Positions 1 to 10,954 of a stretch of DNA of 64,000 nt are shown here, in pieces. The stretch spans positions 13,950,001 to 14,014,000 of the forward strand of contig JBHGNT010000005.1 in the NCBI GenBank assembly GCA_043228905.1, read 5' to 3'. Source of the stretch: Azolla caroliniana. Lineage: Eukaryota; Plantae; Polypodiophyta. Position numbers and translations under genes: made by a program. Position 1 is the stretch's first letter; each line of letters opens with the position of its first letter. The notes under the pieces were generated by a model that was given only the letters and a program-made list of their open reading frames with translations, ran no database searches and had not been told where the DNA came from.

Positions 1-700
1 CCCGTGGGATAGTACATTGTATGTCGAACCCACCGTTAGCCCCATCATTCATCCTCCAAAATGTCCAGAATGCTCTAGTCAAGGGGTTCTAACGGTTCAT
101 CAGGTAGTTGCTCCATCGGCTACTCTTGTTGCTCCTCTGGTTGTAGTTGTTGTTGGTCTTTGGCCAGTTCTTCCTCTCCGGCTTTATCCATTTCCTGCTC
201 TACTGGTCTCTGCACTTCTGGTTCCGTCTCCTCCGTCCTTCGCTTCTCCTGCTGCTGCATTAGGGCTTTGTCTGGCTCCTCCTGTCTGACTTCTTCCGAC
301 TGTTGTACTCAGGCTTCATTTGGTTGGCGTCCTCCGGTCCCGGCTACATTCGGTGACTGCTCTAGAGATTGCTCTCTAATTGCCTCCGACATTTGTGATT
401 CTATCTGCCGTCTTCGCTCCCGTTCGTTTCACTCGAACTGGAGTTGAGTGCCAAGTTGTTCATCATCCAGTTGTTCTACCAGCCGCCAATTGTTCCCTTG
501 CCAAGGACAAGAAATCGTCCGACAACTCCTCCCGGACAGTTACAATACTCTCCGCATCCATCTTGTAGAAGTTGTCACCATCCTTTCTCCGGTTTTCCGC
601 ATCCGCTCGCAGCATCTGTAATTCCGCCACCTGTTGTGCCCCTTCTGACCACCATTGCACTGAGCTTTCATAAAAAATGTGTTCCCAGAAGCTGATCTTG
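1..700 (-). mobile_element. 3' fragment of a non-chromovirus Ty3/Gypsy (A/B family): C-terminal part of the extra ORF plus the conserved pre-3'LTR motif, cut by the window edge
   Basis: ORF 463..708(-) 'AELQMLRADAENRRKDGDNFYKMDAESIVTVREELSDDF' aligns with element A 'ADLHILRADAENRQKEGRGFYKMDDTSIQTLREDLTEEY' and B 'AELHAYRADWENQRKDGRGYYKLNEESIAVIHKDLAQDY'. Nucleotides 1-37 match 31691-31727 at 29/37 positions. Confidence 0.8.
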
Positions 701-719
701 AGGAACAAGTATATATGGT

Positions 720-1196
720 CCTGCCCCCTTGGATTTCAGTCTAGAGTGAACACATCGGTTGTATGCTAGTTGAAGAAGTTCCTCTACGGACTCAAGCAAG
801 CCCCCTATGCCTGGAACACGAAGATCACGTAGAGAGTGCGTCAGATGGGGTTTTCTCCGTCAAGACGGGACAGAAAGTCGGAACGGGACGATTAGTATTT
901 TAGTTTATGTTGATGATTTAGTCATCGCCGGCGCCAACCTGGATGAAATTAGTTGCGTCAAATCCCAACTTGTGGCATTGTTTGACATGAAGGATCTTGG
1001 GGACCTTCACTACTTCCTTGGGATCAAAGTGATCCACACCTCGGAAGGCATACTGATTAGTCAACGCAACTATGTGTTGAGTATGCTCTTCAAATTCGGT
1101 ATGACGGAATGCAAATCCATCTCAACTCGTCTGGACCGGAATGTGAATCTTTTGCTCGACTCCGGAACTGTATGCGACCCAAAAAGGTTCCGAAAG
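720..1196 (+). mobile_element. Ty1/Copia reverse transcriptase fragment (degenerate), interrupted by LTR element G
   Basis: LYGLKQAP motif at about 783-806. ORF 807..1247 contains ILVYVDDLVI and MKDLGDLHYFLGI (RVT_2 motifs). Confidence 0.85.
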
Positions 1197-1904
1197 TGTA
1201 ATGTTCATTGGTTTAGACGTGCTTATTTGGGGGCTATCATACGATAATATCTTAGTCGTCGGCTTTATTGGACTGACCTAATGTGTGTCATTGGGTACCC
1301 CACACATGATTGGTCAAGTAGATGTCATTACATGGCCTAGGTCCTATAAATAGGACATACTCTCCTTAGTCAGGGGGAGCCCCATGAGTGGTTCTGAAAA
1401 AGCTCTCTTTAATGTGAACTAGTCATCTACCAAGGTCTTGATGTGGAGATCCTGGCTGGTATGGGATAGATCGGGATTCCTCGTTTGCGTTGTCGACTCT
1501 AGCGCAGGGGCGGATGGGTGGTAACGCGTGATGTGCTTATTTGGGGGCTATCATACTGTAATATCTTAGTCGTCGGTTTTATTGGACTGACCTAATGTGT
1601 GTCATTGGATACCCCACACATGATTGGTCAAGTAGATGTCATTACATGGCCTAGGTCCTATAAATAGGGAATACTCTCCTTAGTCAGGGGGAGCCCATGA
1701 GTGGTTCTGACGAATCTCTCTTTAATGTGGACTAGTCATCTACCAAGGTCCTAACGTGGAGATCCTGGTTGGTATGGAACAGATCGGGATTCCTAATCTC
1801 CGTTGTTGACTCTGGCGCGGGGGCAGATGGGTGGTAACGCGTATTTTCAGTATGATTGTGTCATTTTTGTCTTTATTTTAGGATTAATGATCTTGGTTAT
1901 TACA
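1197..1904 (+). repeat. 5' LTR of element G containing a ~313-bp internal tandem duplication
   Basis: Units at about 1217-1529 and 1531-1842 are near-identical. Each has CCTATAAATAGG and ends GGTGGTAACGCGT. Confidence 0.85.
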
Positions 1905-4900
1905 TATGGTATCAAGGCGGTTTTAATCCTAAAAATATAATGTTTGATTGGATTCGCGTTGTGTGCCTTAGTACACAAAAATATCATATATTTTGTTTAT
2001 GTACTTATGTATGTTTAATGATGGATTGAGGAAGTTTCGAAAACGCCACGGAGATTCCGTGTGGGGGTTATATGTTGATGTGCGGTTTATTGTAGGGGGT
2101 TTTGTATAATAAATATATTAAGGTTTAGACATAGACCTTATTATAACAAGATTTGTGTGATGGGTTGGTTAGTAGATCCTTAGGAAAGGCTTTGAGTTCG
2201 ATCCACTAATGCACAAAAAGAAGGTTTCAAAGGATTATGTGTTTGTTTATCTTTTACGTTAAGATATTTAGTATATATTTATTAAAATAAAAGCACCTTA
2301 AATATACTTATATTTAATTTTTCTTATACCCATCTTGATCTGATGGCCATGCCCATGAGGCGGCCTTACGTGTGGAGATCCCATATCTAGAGGTTGGCCA
2401 CCTAATATACTATAGGTGATGCTTGATCATCTAATTTTCGATGAATTAATTGATGATCACCATATATATGGATAATGTTCATTGTTAATCAATTTTACTA
2501 TTGGCCGAAAGAACTAGGGTGATGATCATTGAATGTCGATATTCAATTGATCATCGACCCTAAGGTTTATTTGAATGGCCATAATCAACCATCACCATGG
2601 GTGCATGTTAATTACGCAATGATGAATGGATAAACCATAAATCATTAGTGTTTATGGATGGATTATATGGATGATTAAATAGTTTATTATAAGGATGATA
2701 ATATAATTATATGGATAAGATCATCATCATTTCTTAATCGATACGAAGGAGAGAGATAAGAGAAGAAATTACTGTTTGAGAGGGAATCATGAGTATGAGA
2801 TGGACATGAGGAATATGGGGATGATGAGTGAAGAGATCATCATTATTGGGATGACCATCATCATCGTTTGGTTAGTACAATGATTCTCAAGCAAGTCACC
2901 TACTATCCCCACCGACTTCCAAAAAGGGGATGTTTATGTCTAAAATCTAGACTAGGAATTCTCCTAACTAAAAAGGGAGAATTTCCTAGTTTAGAAGCAT
3001 TCAAGAGATTAACCTTAGAGAGTTGGTGACCGACTACTCCTCACCGACATCCTAAAAGGGAAGGTATTGCTCCTAATGTCTAATCTAGAAATCCCTATAG
3101 ATGAAAAGAGGATAAATGCCTAAATTGGACATACCTAGGGGAATCTTTATTACTCACCGACTTAAGAAAATTGGGTATATAAGTATACCCATTCTCTCAT
3201 GATCTATCACTCTTCATTTCCTCATCCAAATCCTAAAGTTGATTTATAACACTTTAGTACTTTAGATTTTAGTATACTTATTTCTTTACTCTCTCAATTC
3301 TCCTTATTTTTCATGGCTTCCTCCTCTCGCAATTCCACACATCACACATCTCCTAACCAATGATGTTTTTCGACACATCCCACATCTCCCACCCGTCAAG
3401 GTAATCAAATTTCTCCGATGCGAGATGAGGGCGACCGACCAATATCTCCAGTCCGTGACGAGGATATTAAAGACGATATCGAATTCGTCACGAGGGATGA
3501 TTACTCTAAAATGCAAGACAATATTGTCAAGTCAATGACAATGGTCACAACTGCGTTCTCCTCCAAACTTGAAGGGCTTCTTGATGCCAATAGGCATCAA
3601 TTTGAAAACCTTCAACAACAAATTTTTGAGTTAAAGGCACACGTTTCCACATCAAGCAATACGAAGAAGCCTTCATTTACTCCTCAATAGTTATCGGGAA
3701 GGGATAAGCATTGCAACCACGAGCTTGTGAGCAGTTGGATAAACTGATGGATTGCTCACTTTCACCTCGAGAATATTCAGAATGACTCTAAAAAGAGCGA
3801 TATGGCGGTTCATGAGATGATCGGTGCCGCTAAATCTTGTGGGAGCGGTTGGATAAAAAACCGGGAACGTGGGACGCATTTGAAAAGACTCTCATAATGG
3901 AATTTATCTTTCCCAAGATGACTTCTCAAGTGATACAAGATATGTGTCACTTGTCTGATAAGGGTAGGACTATTGACAAATTCAATCAGTATTTCCGTGA
4001 CTTGATAACAAAGCATGGACTTTTGTCGGCTTCTAATGAGCAAATATTGATAGGATTATATATTAATAGTTTACATAATGAAGATTTTCATTATGAGATC
4101 CATGCTCATCAACCAATTTGAAAGACTTTAGGATGAGTGATGGAACGTGCCCGCATTCTATTTGACACAAAACCTCGTTACCAACCAAAAGAGTTGGAAG
4201 GAGAAAGTTGTAAACATAGATACCAACCTTCTCCGATAAGTCAAAGTGACAATGTGAAAAGGCGGCTAATAATCTGCAACTTTTGCAAGAAGCCTAGGCA
4301 TAAAGCCAACGTGTGTACGCGGAGAAAGGAGAGCGGTAACTCCAACAATCCACAAAGAAAGCCATCAACTTCCAATAATCCAAGTATGTTCTTCAATTAT
4401 TTGAATTCCGTTAGTACTATTGCATTACAAAAAAATATTCTTGGACCACACGATTTACTTAAAACTTATGGGACTATCCACAATCAGAGTGCAACTATAC
4501 TATTTGACTGTGGTAGCACTCATAATTTTCTTGACTCTAATATGGTGCATATGTTACGAATAAAAACAACCAAAAGAGACCACGACTACAAAGTCCTTAC
4601 TGCGGGAGGCCATGTCCAAAGGCATTCATTAATTGCATATGTCGTACCCCTAGTAATAAATAACTACACTGAAAAGTTGACTTTTCATGTAATGCGTTTA
4701 CGAACGGTAGATGTAGTTCTAGGTTACATATGGTTTTATAATAGACATAGTCTTGATATCGATTGGTTGAATCATACTATTTCTTTTGACGGAAATAACA
4801 ACCAACAAGTTTTTATTCATGGAACTGCGATAAACAATTTAATGTTTGTTAATCATCTTTATACTTATGATCGAAGTGTCGATAGACTCCAAAGTGCAAG

Positions 4901-5949
4901 ATATTTTAGTAAGATAGACTTGCGTACTAACTATCATCAGATCAGGGTTTCGGAAGAAGATGTTTCCAAAACAACTTTCCGAACTCGTTATGGTCATTAT
5001 GAGTTTCGGGTTCTACCATTTGGGTTGACTCATGCTCTAGCCACATTCCAGCCATTGATGAATGATAAATTCAGAGATCAACCAAGCAATTTCATGGTCG
5101 TATTCCTTGATGACATCATGGTATATAGACATTTGAGGATCATGTGTCATGTCCGAATAGTTTTGGATAAGCTTCGTGAATACAAGCTATTGCCAAACTA
5201 TCTAAATGTGATTTCTGTCAAAAGGGAGTTACGTATCTTGGACACCACATATCTAGGTCGGGTGTTTCTATCAATAAATCTAAGATAGAAGCAATATTAA
5301 ATTGGCCGCGAACTTCAAATGTTAACGAGCTACGATCTTTCTTAGGATTTGTTGGATTCCTAAGAAGATCTCTTCAAAACTATTTATCCTACACTGCACC
5401 ATTTACGGACCTATTGAAGGGTATTACAAGAAAGTCCACTAAACTTATTGAGTGGAATGCCTCTCTTGAAGAAACCTTCAATAAGTTGAAGTCACTAATT
5501 GTGAATGCACCTACTTTAGCTATACTTGATCCTAATCAAACATTTGAAGTTGAGACAGATGCAAGTGATTATGCTATTGGGGCTGAATTATTTCATTGAA
5601 TTGGGAGACCAATTGCTTTTGAAAGCAAAAAATTGTATTTGGCCCAAAGAAATTACTCGGTTCAAGAAAAAGAATTATTTGCTATCATTTATGCCTTAAA
5701 GAATGGCGGCATTATTTGTATGGTAGTAAATTCATTGTTTTAACGGACCACAAATCCTTGAAATACTTCCTCTCTCAACAAAATTTTGAGGGTCAAAAGG
5801 CAAGATGGGCAGAGTTGATGCAAGACTTCAATTTCGAAATTAGATATCGAAAAGGGGCTTTGAATTCCGTTGGAGATGTCCTGAGTCGTATTCCAAAAAT
5901 TAATGCCCTAAGTTTCATGGAATTTAACAACGAGAGATGGCCGAACTGA
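1197..5949 (+). mobile_element. Element G: degenerate, 3'-truncated Ty3/Gypsy related to element F (5' LTR, PBS, long leader, gag-PR-RT-RNaseH)
   Basis: LTR TGTAAT...ATTACA at 1197-1904, then PBS TGGTATCAAGGC (1907-1918, tRNA-iMet type). Broken ORFs 3418-5949 carry a CNFCKKPRHKANVC knuckle, LFDCGSTHNF protease, FLDDIM RT and ETDASDYAIG RNase H. Shares LGP.DLL and RKSTK motifs with F. No integrase or 3' LTR seen. Confidence 0.85.
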
Positions 5950-6609
5950 AAAACGGAATCGCGCCAAGGAAGACGATTGACAAGGCGAGTCGGAAATCGA
6001 TTTTGACTTCGGCCCGATTGAAGAAATCGAGACCGCGCTGTCGTGCCTTTCGGCTTCAGATCGTTGCGTGAGTCGGGTGGGAACCACAGAGGTCTTGGAC
6101 TAGGAGAAAGAAGTTCGTGAGATAGAGATTAATTATGAGTAAATAGCAAAGAGAAAGATAAGAAACTCGTGAATCACACGAGTATACTATATTAATTGGT
6201 ACTTAGGGTGTTAAGAGAGAAGTAGATGTATAAATCGTGAATCCCACGAATAATTTTTGTATTGATTAATACTTAATCCAAATAATCAACAACCCTTTAT
6301 ATATTTCTCTCCTCCTTATATAAGGAAGGAAGAGCTAAGCATGGCTTCATGCTTTTTTTTTACAAAAAGTGTTCATGTCCACTAAATGTGCATGTGATGC
6401 TTTTTTATTTCCTAAGTATAGGGCTCATGCACGCTAGATGTGCATGAGTTATTTTTAGTGTCTCGTGTATTTTTTTTTTTCTTTTTCATATATTAAAAAG
6501 ATACACGATTTACCTTTTAATAAAGGTATGCATAAATAAAGGTCTTATACGTATTAAATCTATATTTAAAACACTTAAGATAAGCTAATGTAATGGTAAG
6601 GTTGGGGTT

Positions 6610-6810
6610 TGTCAACGTGGAGGTGCAGAGTTCGAATCACGCCCTACGCAGTAGTGAGTATTTCCTCTCTTTTTTTTACATTTATGTCTCTTTATCCGGC
6701 TCTTCCTTGCCGGTATGCCGTTTTCTTCCTTGCCGGTATGCCGTTTTCTTCCGGTTCTCACCGAGCACTCCATTCTCTATCCGGAGGGACAAAAATATAA
6801 TTTCCACATA
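6610..6810. mobile_element. Remnant of a Tork-like Copia LTR
   Basis: Shares CCGGTTCTCACCG, TCTTCCTTGCCGG and ATCCGGAGGGAC with the solo LTR at 46218-46930. Contains a short (~23-bp) tandem repeat. Confidence 0.5.
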
Positions 6811-6814
6811 GTGT

Positions 6815-7730
6815 GCAACCTACACTACGACAGCGCGCAGGGGGGACCACCAGAGCGGAGAGCCCAAGCCGGAACCAACCAAAAGAGGGGGAGGCAAAGC
6901 TGGAAAGACTGAGACATAGACATGGGCCGATGTCATGAAAGGTCTAGACATTGAGGATGAATTGGAGACAGCCAATTCAAACAGGAGCTGGAACGAATCG
7001 GAGCCAACTAATTCGGAAATGGTGCTTGATTCAGAGGAGCCATATCAATGGAAGGCCAAACAGACAAGCAGGTAGTGGAAGTCGACACCGACACGAAGGA
7101 ACCGACGGGTCAAGACGCGACAGAGTCACAATAGCAAAGGAGCTAAGATGGGCAACCAAAATGGTGGAGATGCGCGGAACCGAACGCGTCGTGCAAAGAG
7201 GAACCGGACCAAACGAGGAGAGCGAGCAAGGCGGGAGGATGCGAGGGGGAGCCGAAGGAGAGGACCGATTACCACAGACATAGACACTACGATCCGGCCT
7301 CAAGCTCAGCTTGAGGGGGAGTGTTAAGCTGACAAGCTCAACCAGATCCGGATCGGTTGAATAAGCCAGAACTGGACCAGATTCCAGAACAAAGAACCAG
7401 ATCGGTATCTAAAACCAAGAGCTGGATAGGATTGTAATTGATAGGCCATTAGAGGCCTACGAATCTAGCCTAGTACGTAGGCATATTTTTGGGAGTCAGT
7501 GTTAGTCGCTTGTATGAGCATTGAAGTACATGTCAGTACTTCTTTTAGTCCTTCATGGACTTGTATAAAAGTTCTCACTAAGCACATTGTATGTACAAAG
7601 TGTTATTATTTTGAATTAAGTTCATTGTTCTGATCTCTCTTGTGTATTCTCTATTCCTAAGCTTTTTGTTTTATTGTTGTAATCCGGCTAAGTCTGTTTG
7701 TCTACAAGCTTCCGCATGCTATTCTTTACA
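6815..7730 (+). mobile_element. 3' end of a Copia of the element C family: charged pol C-terminal tail, PPT and 3' LTR (7322-7730)
   Basis: GACACTACGATCCGGCCTCAAGCTCAGCTTGAGGGGGAG-TGTTAAG matches the 3' end of C (GACACTACGATCCAACCTCAAGTTAAGCTTGAGGGGGAG-TGTTGAG). The LTR runs TG...TTTACA, about 409 bp, similar in size to the C LTR. Confidence 0.75.
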
Positions 7731-8084
7731 CCTATCAACACCAAGCATGGGTGGAAGATACGTGCGGCAAACCGCGCTATAGAACAGCTACATGGAGCAT
7801 GCTTGAACGTAAGAGTGAGGGTGGGGAACGTGGAAATCTATCAACACTTCTTCGTGCAAGATACGTCCTCTCACCTGGTCATACTTGGAGAACCATACAT
7901 CATGGTTCCTTGGATGGAGACCAAGGTGCTCAACAACGATTCGGCCTACGCAAGAGTGAAGAGCCAAGATGGAAGGCACTCCGTCCAAATTCTAATGGTG
8001 CGGCTAAACCACGAGCGAAATAGGGAATCTCTCGGCGGCGAAGGTCGAGAGGGTTATCAAGGTGTGGAGCCACGGTGCAACTGA
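7731..8084 (+). mobile_element. Retrotransposon aspartic-protease C-terminal fragment (Gypsy-like, a different family)
   Basis: Translation WKIRAAN..QLHGAC.NVRVRVG.VEI.QHFFVQ...H.VILGEPY resembles the retropepsin flap and ILGxP region. Confidence 0.45.
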
Positions 8085-9512
8085 TTAGTTTAAAGATCTC
8101 TTTGTATAATCTGTATTTGTCTCTTTCATTTATTACAGTTTTTTTGTTGTATATGCCCATATTACTAGGGAGTGTCGAATACGGGTATATAATGGCCGTA
8201 TTCACATTCTCCCATTTGGACAAACTAGAATAGTCTACATTTGTAATTAGCTCAAAGGATAGTTGCCCTAGTTCAGTAGTATATAACTGAACTTGTAACT
8301 AGTTTGTAAGAAGATGTTGCCATTCTTTCGGTCGTAACTATTTTTTATTAAAATTGTTACCTTTGGGTGCCTCTTTGTCTCCCTCTCTCTTTGCTTGTTA
8401 ATCTTCTTGATCTTGCAGTTTGTCTTCATACCATCCTGTTCATCTTGTTTACATCCATCAACTTGTTTCTCTTAAGTACATAGTGATGATTTGTTATCCG
8501 CTCACTCACGACCTTGTCTCCAACACATTGTATATGTCTTAGTCGGCTACCAAGTGTTGAGGAGCCAACTGATGTAGAATAGACGATAGGATCTTCTATA
8601 GGCACAATTCCCAATATCTTGTGTCCTAATGGCTTCACAACCGATTCAGCCCAATGGCCCTTTTTCGGCTATCAACCGATTCGGCTTTCGGCTATCACAG
8701 ATAGATCATAAGCTCAAGAAACAAGAAAGAAAATAGACAAATGGATGAGTAGTATTAACGGAAAGACTCCATAACTAGTGTTGTTCACCTTGAATTCCTT
8801 CAAGGTGAAATTATTACGGGCATGACCATATAATATCCCGTGGTAAGAATTTACCGTAGTATTCTATACACGTGGATAAGTGTGAGGGTTAAATGAGAGT
8901 GTAAAGAAGGGGAGGATTACTTTTAATCCTCGGGATTGAGACAACCCATTAGGTCAAGTGTGAACTTGCCTGGGGGCCTTGGGTTTCGCTATAAATAAGA
9001 GGCCTAGCTACCCTCATTTGATCATCTTTTGACTACATCGAGACTCTACTCGTGTGGTGGGTCAACTCTTGTAGCGAGCGCGCCAGCACCAGGTACAACT
9101 CGACGCCACGGCAGTGGTATGGGACGCCGATCGAGGCTCGAGTCCGTCTCGATCCCTTCACTCGGGGGTGGTCGGGTGCATTGGCACCCTTCTTTCTCTT
9201 TCTCCTTTCTATCTTTCATTTCTTTATCCTTATCTTAAGCTTACTTTAGTACCAAGATCTATAATATTTGGTATCAGAGTTTTGTACTAATGTTTCTTTG
9301 TTTTTCATTTGTCTTTTGATTGATGCTGATCGATCGTTGTGTGGTTGGCCTTGATCCAGACAACGATAAACAAAGAACTTCGGTAACTCTTTCCATAATT
9401 TTTCTTTCTATTCTCTCTTCTCCCATCTAATCATGTGTTTAGTTTATATGTAATTTTTTTCATTAAGTCAATGATGTTGTAGTGGTCTTTAATTGATTAT
9501 CTAAAACGTTTA

Positions 9513-9782
9513 CATATGTGCACGAGGTCAATACCTCGTTTGACATATTGATAATATGTGATGAGTGTCATATGCGTACGAGGTTAATACCTCAATTACG
9601 TATTACGTTCACGAACATATGTTACGTTTGCGTATGAGTTTAATACCTTGATTTGTTGTAAACGATATGCGTTTGGTCTCGTATGCGTAAGAGGTCAATA
9701 CCTCCATTGCGTATTACGATGATCTCTTATTTGTGGATGTTTCGTGTGCGTAGAGGTATATACCTCGATTACGTATCTCGAT
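9513..9782 (+). repeat. Array of five related hairpins (GAGGT-N4-ACCTC core) in the 5' leader of element F
   Basis: Cores start at 9524, 9580, 9636 (degenerate), 9691 and 9753; spacing is 55-62 bp. Confidence 0.75.
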
Positions 9783-10954
9783 CACATCATTTGTGGCTAT
9801 TTAATATAACGATATGTTTAATATAGGCATATGTGGTCACATATATACGTATTTGATCGTATATATGTGATAAGTAAACATATGTGTATATTCGTTATTA
9901 CGTGATTATATCGAAAGTTGTCCTTGTCGGGAAAAGGATGTTGGTGGCCGTCCTCACATTTTTGTGAGAATGGCGTTGTCACCATCCCTTTTTCAACATT
10001 TTTTTATTGTTGATAACCCCGTTGACGACCTCGATTTCGTTACGTAAAGAAACGCGAATAGCCAAAATGATGTTGAGTACGTAGGGCTTGACCCACTTCA
10101 AGTGAGGTCGCTCCAATGACGCACGTATCCAACATCCCTCCCTCGTTACATGGATACGATGCCACCATGAGCTCGTTCTTACGAGAGGCATTCGTAATGA
10201 CGTGACCATGTGATGGCCCACGTGAGCTTACTACGAAACGAGGGCTCATTTGGCTTGACCATTAGGTTGCACTTTGGCGTATGCCATCGTAATTACGAGA
10301 CTTGAGGATAGGTAACGTACCAACATAGTTTTGGTAAATGAGGGCGAAATAAGGACCCTTGACATATATGTTCTTTTAAAAAAACATATATGATCAATTG
10401 CCTCGCATATCTCTTATACGCATCAAACATTAAGCATTCGAGAAGAGCAACTTACTTGGTTGGCTCAAGTGTTTAATGTATTTGTTCTCGAGGTCTCGAG
10501 TTCAAATATGACCAAGACCATACAACATCCTTGATACATATGACTATAACACATGTTTAGACTTAAGGTCTAAGTGCACCTCGGGGTCCTCGTAATAGGA
10601 CTTAAAGAGCCGAAACCACTTATGTGGGCACCGAAACATAGTTTATTGTTAACATTTTTTTTGTGTATAAACTATTCATTACGCGAACATACATGGTTGA
10701 GCCTCGGGGAGCCACCATGAAAAAATCGATATAGAGATCAGGGAAAGACATTTATTTGTCACCCCCATGGTTTTTAAAACACCTTTGTGTTACCATAGTA
10801 ACCTGATCTTGAACCTCATCTCATACGTCTAGAGGGGTATTGACGTGAGATAATGATATCGATTAATGCTCGCCCATGATATGTTTACATCACGACATGA
10901 TGTTATGACTATATCTCTGACCTTATCCTATTTCTTTTCCAGAAATAATCTTTA

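Noticed and set aside
9513-9782. CRISPR-like repeat-spacer appearance
   Set aside because: The repeats are degenerate, lie inside a plant retrotransposon leader, and there are no cas genes.
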